Under the pieces are notes generated by a model. That model had not been told where the DNA came from. It searched no databases and worked only from the letters and a program-made list of their open reading frames with translations. From positions 15,924,213 through 15,988,212 of the forward strand of contig OZ234493.1 of NCBI GenBank assembly GCA_965153455.1: a stretch of 64,000 nucleotides of DNA, in the 5' to 3' direction. Positions within the stretch are counted from its first letter, which is position 1. Every line of letters starts with the position of its first letter. Positions 54,001 through 64,000 of the stretch are shown in pieces. Made by a program: the position numbers and the translations under genes. The DNA comes from Sphagnum compactum. Taxonomy: Eukaryota.

Positions 54001-54186
54001 GAAGAGCAGCTGCAGATTTCACAGGTAGGAAAGAAGGAAGAGAAAGGTAGACAGCTGCGACGGACGGAAAGACTTGTGGGCAGGGCTGTAGGAGGGCTCA
54101 GGTAGGAGAGCGAGCTGAGAGAGCTATTAAACTCCCACAAACGCACCCACAGAGAGACGGAGAGAGACAGAGACAGAGAGGAGATT

Positions 54187-57100
54187 ATGGCGTGCGTAGG
54201 TCAGTGCCTTGGCATGGCCACGGGACCAGTTTGTCACCTGAAGCTGCAGAAAGACGCGCTCGTGTCTCTTTTCCCAAGGAAGTCGCTAGCACTCCGAACC
54301 CTTCTTCCTCCTCTTCTTCACCTGCAGCAAGGGACGGGAGATAATAATACTTGCAAAGGTGTAATAAGTTGCTGCAGCTCATTGTCAACAAGAAACCGTC
54401 CTCAAATTGTACGAGGAGTAATGGCCATGGCTAGTCAGGAAGGCGGGATTTCCACTTGTACGTGATCCTTAAACTGCCATCCAAATTCAGATAAAATTCA
54501 ATGTATGTGGTAGTCCCACTTCTCCTCCTCCTGCTCCACCTGCTCCTCCTCTTTCTCTACATCAGAATTTTTGAGTCTGCTTGGATTCTTTCTCTTTGCA
54601 CATTCCGAGCCTTCCTGCAGACTTTGCATTATGGCAATGATGGAATTGAGCAGACCTAGATGAGCTATCTGTAACAAGGTCATGTACTCCATCCATCTAT
54701 GTTACATGAAACTGCAAGACATCAGTCTCTAATAGCATGATGAGCTCCAGCTCTGGAAACCTGCAGGAAACAAATTGAAAACAGGATTTTATCAGTTCTT
54801 CATACTACACTTAGAGCAATTCCACTGGTTCTCAGTATGTGACCTTGCAAATTAAAATTGGATGAAGAAAAATCAAAATATGTTGGTATGGCTTAGCAAA
54901 ATGGTTTTAGCCCAGCACTTTTGCACACTTCACTGAGGCTGGTAAAAGGCACAACAAAGCCTGACACCTGCCAAAGATGAGTGTAATAAATATGATCTGA
55001 TTGCTGCTCCTTGTTTGTGATTAGCCAATCATAATGATTGGTCCAGGTGCTTTGCTATTAGTAGTCTCCCACCTATTTGCAGTCCCAGTTCTAGTTTTAT
55101 GGGTGGAGTTGAAAAAAACTCTTCTCAAATGACTAAATTTGCATGTGAGAAATATTTTTGCAGGGTCACAGAAATATGGAGATGCTCTAAATTGAGCTAT
55201 CCATAATAAGGTCATGTAGTCCATCTATGCCACATGAGACTGCAAGACAGTCAGTCTCTACCAGCATGATGAGCTCCAGCTCTGGAAATTAGGAGGAAAC
55301 AAAGTTGAGAACAGGATTTTATCCATTTCTTCATACTATACTTAGGTTTTTAGCCTTGCAGAGAGATAGATGCCCTTTGTACATGAATTCCTTCAATGGA
55401 CACCGTGATGATTAGGAGACTTGACTTCTGTTACCATGATGAGCTTATGTGTTAGAGGATGTAAATTTGAACATCAACCTCTTGCATTTGAAAAATTTCT
55501 CTCAATTTATTGGGTTTTTTTTGCATCCTATTCAATATGTGAAGTATAATTAAGTAGAAGTGAGGAATGGTAGGCAAGTCCATTGTATGAAGCCTATAGC
55601 ATGTTGGGATGTATAGCAGTAGACAGAATTACCAGATCGGGATGTAGCAAACTGGCATTGTAGAGATAGTATGCTGAAATGTGGCAAACCAGTATGAGAT
55701 AGAGACCTATTTGTATTCACTGGGAGAGACATCCCAATCAATTGCTGTGAGGTATAAGTAAGTATGGTTGCAGAGTGTAAAAACTTGGATGATTGAAGTA
55801 TAGCAAGTATTTGTATTCACTTGGAGAGAGACATCCCAAGCTTATTGCTGCATTGCATTTCAGTTTTTCAAACTTTGGATTTTGGATTTGCTGAAATAGT
55901 GTTAAAGAAGGTCTCAGCTGAAAATCCATGACATAGCATGCAAGATCGTGTATGGAGGTAGATGTTTTCTAAACAGTAACTTCCAGTCTTTATCCTGGAT
56001 GTGACTGGAGAAGAGTTTTTTCTTGAGCACTAACTTGAATTTCTGCATTGATTGTCATATGACGGAGAAGCTGTGTTGGGATGGATACAGTGGTGGTTCA
56101 AGAGGTGGAGTTTTTCTGGAAGGGTCAAGGTTCTGAAGTGCTTCTTTCTGGAGATTTTCTGAACTGGGAAAGTAAGGTGCCAATGGAGAAAGGACCCAAT
56201 GGTTGGTTTGTTGTGAAACAGGTATACCCTTTCCATCCAGCTTTATTGGAGCAGTTCTTATCAAGTATTTGGTTTATGAAAATTCCCAACTTCCAGCAAT
56301 GTGTGTTGACACTTATGCACCTGCCAAGTGAAGCTTTTTCTGAAGTGTTTGGTAGGTGGTTGTGGCAGAAGCTAGCCCCAGGAAAGTACACATTCAAATT
56401 CATTGTGGATGGGCAGTGGCAGCACTCACCTGACTATCCGCTTGTTTCAGACAATGCCAATGGCTTCAACAATGAGGTCCTTGTACCAGGTTTTTCTGCT
56501 GGCCCTACATTGAAAGTGTGATCTTGAAGAGCTCAGAAGGAGCCACATGTGCTAAGAGATGTTCAGCAATCTTAACACCCATTTTATCAGCTTGCAGCAT
56601 GATTGATGACCCTACAATGGCTGATTTTTTGGAGATTTGATATAATATTTGTGTTTTACAGAAGAACCATCAAGCACTGAAGCTGCAGGAAAGCAGACAG
56701 CCACTAATGCACTGGGATCTGAAACTGCTCCCCAATCAAGAACTGCAGAAACTCCTGCAGCAGCTGGGAAGAAGGTAGCAAAGACCGTGGCTACAACAGC
56801 CACTGCCAGCCCCACCAGAACTGCAGAAACTCCTGCAGCAGCTGGGAAGAAGGTAGCAAAGACCGTGGCTACAACAGCCACCGCCAGCCCCACCACTGAT
56901 GCTGCTTCAGCAAGACCTAAACCTGTTCCAGCAGCTGGGGCAACGAAGGTAGCGAAGGCAGCTGCAGTTGTAAAATCATTGCAGTCAACAGTGGTGGAGG
57001 ATGTGATTCCCGAATTGTCAACCTTTCTGAAGAAACAAGATGGCATTTCAGATGTTGAGCTTACTTTTGTTGACAATGAGGTATTTTGTCTTGCAGAAAT

Positions 57101-57991
57101 TCAAACTACAAATATCAAAACTAGTATAATATTAGCATTTCCAAACCTTGACTTCACATAATTCAGAACCCAGAATTGCACTGGGCAGAAGTTCAATATA
57201 GAAACATATAATATAGCTTGCCTAGATATAATTATCCTCAAACAAAGTGGCAAACGTTCTACAGCCCATGTGAAGAGTTGACAAGATTCTCAAGAGTTAG
57301 GCACAGTGCCTCAACAAAGACTATGAATGTAAGAACCTGCATAAGTCCAAAGGTTTTGCTAACTGCATCCAGAGTGCCATCAATGAGATGGGATGTAAGA
57401 GACCTGTATAAAGTCCACAAATGTCGCCAAGTCTACTAAAGAATGACTACATGTTTGGAGTTGCAGCTACAGGGATGCTTTGCAAAGAATGGAGTACCAT
57501 ACTCTTTTTGGGTATATTTTCCAGATGGCAAGCTTGAAGGTATGAAAATAACACCATCTCACATTTAATCCTGTCAGCCCTCTGAACAACTTTAGCATGT
57601 AATATGTTCAAGAGCACTCTGGTTTAGTGCATTGCAAATTAATAATTTGCAGAGTCTAATTAGCAATGTGGTCAAATTACTTCAAACCTCAAGGTAGGAC
57701 AATGAAAATTGCTGGAATCCCTTTGCAGTTCCCTGAAGGAGGTTGTTGCATAGGCAGCTGACAAAGAACCTCCTGTTCCTCTGATTTTCCTTAGTTGATT
57801 TTCATTCACTTGTGACCAATGGTGCGTGTATGGTGGGGACAGGAACCAGAGGCTTTTCAATTTCATCACATGGCTCTACACCCAGCACAATTGAGCCTTT
57901 CTTAATTGATGAGAAAAAAATTACTGGAGACCTCGTAGTCTTTTGGGTTTCAAAGCGCCTTTTCGCACAAAAACTTTTGTCTACAAATTGA
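54187..57991 (+). CDS. Putative plastid protein of about 387 aa: transit peptide, CBM48 (AMPK-beta-type glucan-binding), A/T/P/K-rich linker, NdhV/DUF2996-like domain; exons 54187-54457, 56091-56221, 56369-56489, 56662-57080, 57467-57539, 57843-57991
   Basis: CBM48 segment VEFFWKGQGSEVLLSGDFLNW...LAPGKYTFKFIVDGQWQHSPDYPLVSD..GFNNEV. NdhV-like segment VEDVIPELSTFLKKQDGISDVELTFVDNELQGCFAKNGVPYSFWVYFPDGKLEGTRGFSISSHGSTPSTIEPFLIDEKKITGDLVVFWVSKRL. All junctions are GT-AG; 1164 nt in frame. Confidence 0.82.
54814..55187. mobile_element. Tourist/PIF-Harbinger MITE in intron 1 of the CBM48-NdhV gene
   Basis: Termini TTA|GAGCAATTCCA and TGGAGATGCTC|TAA; interior homologous to 20241-20614 (ATGATTGGTCCAGGTG.TTTGCTATTAGTAGTC). 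Confidence 0.8.
56739..56894 (+). repeat. Coding 78-bp (26-aa) tandem duplication in the linker
   Basis: RTAETPAAAGKKVAKTVATTATASPT occurs twice, and the DNA copies are almost identical. Confidence 0.95.
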
Positions 57992-59891
57992 TATTTTGAG
58001 TTGTCCCTGATTGTTATCTCTTTCTTTTAGTAGCTTGAACAAAGTTCTGATTTTTTTTGTCTTTGCTCCAAAATGCTCACAAAAAGAAATGCCCTCTTTA
58101 TAAACAACAGTAGAGTTTCCAAATGTCTGAAGTGGGCAATAATTGAGCTGAAATTGTTATTAAGCTTGCTCCAGGTGGGACCAATTACAAGATGTTATTA
58201 GTACACTTTGGACTTAGGTGCATGTGGATCAGTGCTCGCCAACTAGGAATAAAGCAGTTACAGGCTGGTGCTGTGCAAGCATCTGTTTATACTACAACTA
58301 CGGTCACTATTTGGTGTTGCAGGAGCTTAAAGCCACCACCACATTAAGCTTTTCAGAAAGCAGTGCAAGACATTGCATGGTTTGGATGAATTACAGCATC
58401 CCTGAAGATGCTTGAAGTGATAGTTTGTTATGTTTGACAAAGTGAATGCTGTGGAAGGTGAGAGGAAATGGGAGTTGTTGAGACCATTTGTGTATGGGGT
58501 ACAAGACATTTTGCGTGGTTTGAAGCTTGCAGTACTTGAAAATGTTGAAAATTTTGGATTTGAGATATTCACCAGAGTGGGGACAATTTTTCAACCCATG
58601 CTTTTCATATGTTATGTTTGTGGGATAAGAGTAATTTTGTACAAATATGCATTTTCTTCTTAGAAGTATTCAATCTCAGTCAGCTCACCTTCACTGTCTC
58701 ATCATACCCTTCATGAAGGAAAAGGGGAAGGTGAGAGTGTAATCAAGTTGGATTCTGTCTCGACTGGCAAACTCCAGATCATCCCCTCTGAAGAAGAGAT
58801 GTTTTAAAAAAATTTAGGAAGAAAGTTGAAGCCACCTCTTATTCTTTTGACTGCAAAACAATGGAAAGGAGACAAATGACTAAAATCTTCTTCCAATTGT
58901 TGGCAAGAGTCAATTGGGAAGGTTGCAATTTACAAAGGCTTTGGTGGTTGATGTTGCAGAGAAAGAGGGTGGAAGAAGGATGGTGTGAAGTGTAGAGTAT
59001 GGCCATAAGGTGGGGGAAGCAGGAGGTGAATGGATGGTGCCTTCTGTTTCTGAGGAGGAATTATTAAGGTGTCATGCACAATGTCAATACAAAGGTCTTT
59101 TGGCCTGTTTTTGGTGAATTCCAGTCCAAACCAGATGCTCTTGAACTGCATAAGCTACAACCCCACTACTCATTCAAGAGTCAGTACACAAAATGAAAAG
59201 TTCCGATTCTTTGCAGTCACACTTCAAGAATGTTGCTAGAAAAATACAACCAAAAAAAAAAGAGAACAGAGATTTCACGACCTGGAAATATCACGAGTTG
59301 AGAGCAAAGATAAAACATGAACTCAGTTGGTTTCCTAAAACACACCAAATGACCAGAAGTTGTGCATTTTCATAGTTATGAATCAGCACACTCACAGTTT
59401 GTTGAAAATATCACATTTTGAGCAACAATGTCTGCAAGACAAAGTCCATTGTACAAACCAAAAGGAAGAGAGTCCATGAAAACAGAAGTTGAGCTCCAAG
59501 AGAAGGTATTAATACCCGGGGATGCAGACGTGAGATTTTCCTCTAGATCTTCTCAGTAGCCATCTTTTCTCTTTTCTATCACCCCACATCATAGATTACC
59601 ACTTGTTTCTTCTGCTCATACTTCATCAAGGCTCCATGATATGATGCTGGATGCCCACTTCTAATGCAGAGAAACTTTTTTGCAGAGAAAGTGTTGGAGG
59701 ATTAGGCAATAATACATCATCTATCTATCACACAAGCTGCTTCTGAGCTACGACTTTGCTCTCTCTTGGATTTGATTGAGAGCTTCATGCCTGGTTTTCA
59801 AGCTCAGGAAGTGATACATGTATTTGCTGCTTCTGAGCTTTATAAACAAGCAGCTTCTGATTTGGATCCTTGCATTTGGGCACCAATTCTT

Positions 59892-60434
59892 CTACACAGC
59901 CAAAAGTGAACGAAACCTAAACACATAGAAAGGAACTGGAACCCTAACCATCTGGTCTGGCTTCTTCTGGGGTTCGAAATCCGTCGCGGAAGCGTCGATG
60001 ATCTCTTGGAACTGAATGATCTCTTTGGCAAGAGACCTTCTGATGTTCCTCACCACCGGATGCGCATCTTGAATGGAGTCCAGTCGCAACAGCAGCGTCA
60101 TGATCTGCTCTGTCCATTTCCGGCGCTCTTGCTCATCTTTGCAGAGCTCATCGAACTGTCCAGGCTTCGCCGCTCGGCGTTCAAGCTCCTTCAACTCCGA
60201 GCGTACTTTCCTTATCACTCGCAGATGCTCCATCGGCTTGGTCCGCCGCACGACATAGCCCCGATACGCCGACTGGATCTTCGTAGCTGCCGTATTCGCA
60301 TCCACAACTGCAACATCACTGTCCGACTTCGACACTATGCCAAATTCTTGAACCTGATAAAGAAACGCTTGACGCCATGAGGGGTGATCCTCAAAGTCAC
60401 CTACTTGGAAAGGAATTACTCTGTAGTTCTTCAT
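59892..60434 (-). CDS. IQ-motif + BAG-domain Hsp70 co-chaperone (BAG5/BAG6-like, short); start and 3' end uncertain
   Basis: IQ motif AATKIQSAYRGYVVRR; BAG helix EQIMTLLLRLDSIQDAHPVVRNIRRSLAKEIIQFQEIID. The first in-frame ATG is at 60434. A possible donor ATG|GTTAGG at ~59950 could alter the C-terminus. Confidence 0.8.
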   Translation of the reverse strand: MKNYRVIPFQVGDFEDHPSWRQAFLYQVQEFGIVSKSDSDVAVVDANTAATKIQSAYRGYVVRRTKPMEHLRVIRKVRSELKELERRAAKPGQFDELCKDEQERRKWTEQIMTLLLRLDSIQDAHPVVRNIRRSLAKEIIQFQEIIDASATDFEPQKKPDQMVRVPVPFYVFRFRSLLAV

Positions 60435-62939
60435 GTCAGGGAAGAACCTTCTTTCTAGACTTACTATTCTTTTTTTCAACAAAGAGATGTTGACCGCGGC
60501 TACCGAATACCCCGCCGCTTCTTGCAACTCAACTGCGATTCGCTTCTACATATGAAACAGTGGCAAATTTCTGAAAACTTCTCCTGCTCGCCATAGTCAT
60601 CACCCCCAGAACATGTGCAGCAAGCTCCTTGTTGTTTGCAACCTTCAACTCCGAATTGAACTTCTTTCTTCTTTCTTTTGCGACGACAACACCACTGACT
60701 CGTCTTCAGGAGCTCAAAAATCGCTCTTTCCCGAATTCTCCACTTCCAAATCTAGCTCAAGATTGCTTGCAAATTTCCGACGTCGCAATCGGCGCCGTCG
60801 ACTGCTACACTTCCCTTCTCGGCAACAAGACGCGCAGAGGGGGCTTGCAGCAGCAAGTGGTTTGCTTTGGCTGGTGGAACGAGTCCATTGATGGCCCACT
60901 TTGGATGGCCCACTTTGGTTGGCCCTCTGTAAGAGGAAGACAGATTGATGGAGTACATGGATGAAGAGAGTGTTTTCATTCGATTAGGTCTCTGTTTCCT
61001 ACTGCTGTGAACCAGTGCTGGGCGGGTATCAACTTCTGAACATACCAAATGGTACTGGTATTAGGGTACAAGGCTGGTTTTTGGCTGGTATGAGGCAAGT
61101 AAGTAAATATATGAGTGTTGTCGTGTGCATATGATTTTTGATATATGCACTCACTAGTGTAAGTGTAAGTGTATTGCCCAAAATATATACACACCAGTCA
61201 CACTATGTGTAAGTGTTGTATAATATTGTACCTATGATTTATGTTCGGCACAAAATAGTTCTCAAAAGTCTTGCTGAAAAAAATTAATTTTTTTTTATAT
61301 TTGTCAAAATTGTTGAAAATTGATCTATCAACTTCTGAAAAACGATTTTATCCATTGGGTTATTATTACAAATACACAACTCATGGTGTACTTTGCATAC
61401 TTTATTCATTAATTTTGAAATTGCCAAACCTTGTTTTCTAAAAATAAATAAATAAACCAATATTCAGCCCATGAAGTGTTGACTATCATGGGTTGTATGT
61501 ATGACAATTATTTATATTCATATCTGTGTAAATGTAAAAGTGTGCAACGACCCTTTCATTCAATGTAAAATATGTGAAGTGTACTTATTATATTTGTTAA
61601 ATAAAAAAGGTATTACATCATAACTTTTAATTCTTAACCAAAGGAGGGTATTGCAAGGTTTAAGGGTGTCTATGTGCCTACTAATTAATTAATTTGGAAG
61701 GTTCCAGGTTGAAAAATATAAATGTTCCTGAACATTCCAAGGCTTATTATAATTTCCTTCACAAAATTATTTTTTGAATATTTAAACATTTGTACTGATT
61801 ATATAATTAGTGTTGAATATGTCAAGGTCCTAGGGTAGGTGCCTCTATTTCACATGCACACACTGATATGGAATAGGAAAAAGGCCATTTACCATTCATC
61901 ACCAACGCTGTCCCATAGAACATTTCCCAAGTACCTAACAATATGTCTATGCAAAATTTGTGGATTTCAAAATATAAAAATGATATGAAAATTATTTATA
62001 TAATTTTATATAATTAATATGGTTTTTTTACTTGTGATGTCTTGCTGTGAAATATATAAAATTTATGTTTTAATTAAATCTGTGCAAATATTATGATGTA
62101 ATTTAAGATTTTTATGTATTAAACATAAACATTTATGTATGTCATTTAAAAATAATGTCTCATTTATTTGAATATTTAAAATATTGAATGCATACAAGTA
62201 TTGTTCATATTAATTATAACATATGATTTATGCAATTTTTGTATGAACTTATAAGTTTGTGATGATTAATTGAAAACAATAACAATACCAATGCACATAT
62301 GAAAATACAATGTCTATTATTGTACTACTTGAACGATTTCAACATAAATAATATTTTATTTTATTTTGTCGAATCTTTGACAAATTATTATTATTTGTGT
62401 CAAAATTTTAATAAAATAAAAAACTCAACAATTAAGTTTGAACCACAGACCTCCAAATAGAAAGAGACTTAACATTGAGACACACTAGATTCTTCCACAA
62501 CCTTGAAAAAAGTTTGTTAATTATTTTGTATAATCATTACATGCCAAAAAATTCAGAATTAAAAAATCAAGTGCCAAACTTAAATTTAAAATTTAATTAA
62601 TTACTCGACAATTTGTTGCTGAAATCATTTAAGTATAAGGATATCTACATGTTAGTTTCAACCCATCAGGGCAGTTTTTAGAGATATATTAAAATGATTC
62701 TCAAAAGATCACATAACCAATTACCATATATAAGTGAGGTTCTCAAAAATTTGAGAATTGACTCTCATATAAAACCATACTTTTGAAAAGATCTAAGAAT
62801 TCGTCAAATAACCTTCAAACTGTCAGTCCTTTGCTGGTTATTTCATGAAAAGTTCTGGTTCTTTGAGACAACTTTTTAAAAAATCTCATGTTCTTTGATT
62901 TCTCAAGTTCTTTTTAAAAAATAGACATTGGTTTAGGGT

Positions 62940-63223
62940 TTAAGAGTTGAAAAACTTCGCAATGGCACTCGATGTCACACCGTTGCTGTGTCCTTTTTCA
63001 CTGTAACATTGAACATTTTCACGCTGAAGAAGGACACTGCCAAGACGCACTACAACAACGTCAGGCTCAATGTTTTTAAACCTTGACTTTGGTTCAACAC
63101 ACATTGTTGGACCACAAGAGCCAAGGAAACAGAGTACCTTTTGCCTCAATCTCTTCAATCATGGGAGGCAACTTTTTGATTAGGTTAACATGAGCTACTC
63201 AAAAGCTGCCATCTTTCCAGAAC
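62940..63223 (-). other. Possible terminal exon/3' UTR of a minus-strand gene beginning beyond the window
   Basis: Strong acceptor TTTTAATTGCAG at 63224-63235, followed by short open frames in all phases; base composition is genic. No product can be recognised. Confidence 0.3.
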
Positions 63224-64000
63224 CTGCAATTAAAATTTCGGGATCAGAATTTGGAATGTTGAAAGTTGGCCAAATAGCACAAAGAAATCCTTGCTCTAAC
63301 ATCTGATAGTTGGATATGTGATTCTCATCCTTACAGAAATTTCACAGACTTTTGTTAGCTTAACTTGTGCTGTCAGCATCTGTACTGAGTCATGCTAATC
63401 TCTATTGAGAGTAGGAGTGCAAATGCTGCAGTGAGCAAATTGTAGTTATCACCCTTAAAGTCGGAAAAACTGTCGATATTGAGGTATGGAGTGTACTCCA
63501 ACAAAAAGTATAGGCTACGAGTCTTCTTATGCATATACCACAACCAAATTTTCAACTCCAGCTGCTGCCACTGGATCCATATTTCACACATGGTTAGATC
63601 TATTTCAAACAAAAACATTGCAGCAGAAAGAGGGAATTCTTAAAACTTTGTCATGCATATTCATGAGTGAAGTATGTTTACTGGAAGTGATTGCATTATC
63701 AAGAACAAAGCTCTCTAGAAATCCATGGTTACTTTGATTGAGTAAACACACCAAATTGCGAAGGAGCCACTACAATAGCATCCAAAAAAGAGATGGGGAA
63801 CTCCAGGAACAACCTGCTCTATTAGTTTGGTGGCCACAATCCTTTGAAAAGTGCCATTTGCAATGGCACTTTGCGATGATTCAACAATGATTTTGTTGGG
63901 CAGTTGAAATTGTCTTTAATGGGCCGTAGGTAGACATTCCTCCCAAAGTGCCTGGATTTTCCATGACTACAAAACATGTACTTTGTCAAAAGAAAACAGG

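Noticed and set aside
53499-54146. Several overlapping 60-113 aa ORFs in GC-rich DNA
   Set aside because: No recognisable domain; best explained as the promoter/5' region of the CBM48-NdhV gene.
56612-57076. 154-aa antisense ORF over the linker exon
   Set aside because: It is a shadow ORF of low-complexity Ala/Thr codons on the opposite strand.
60560-60800. Heat-shock elements upstream of the BAG gene
   Set aside because: GAA/TTC words are present but I found no correctly spaced nGAAnnTTCnnGAA array.

Overview
Eukaryotic, intron-rich land-plant genomic DNA. Its repeat families and AT-rich intergenic DNA suggest a moss such as Sphagnum (inference). No prokaryotic features, rRNA, tRNA or CRISPR arrays were seen. 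I reconstructed exon structures by hand for these genes: glycerol kinase (5' end outside the window), an SR45a/Tra2-like splicing factor, a cytosolic fructose-bisphosphate aldolase, a 17-exon LRR receptor-like kinase, plastid ketol-acid reductoisomerase, a short IQ+BAG co-chaperone, and a peroxisomal copper amine oxidase pseudogene. The most striking gene is a plastid-type protein that joins a CBM48 starch-binding module, through an Ala/Thr/Pro/Lys-rich linker, to an NdhV (DUF2996)-like domain. Between the genes lie non-autonomous Helitrons (one with four stacked 3' termini), Tourist/PIF-Harbinger MITEs, a possible hAT MITE, LINE/Harbinger/CACTA remnants, minisatellites, and a 1-kb direct repeat pair bracketing the pseudogene plus RLK block. 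All protein identities come from motif recognition, not from database searches.
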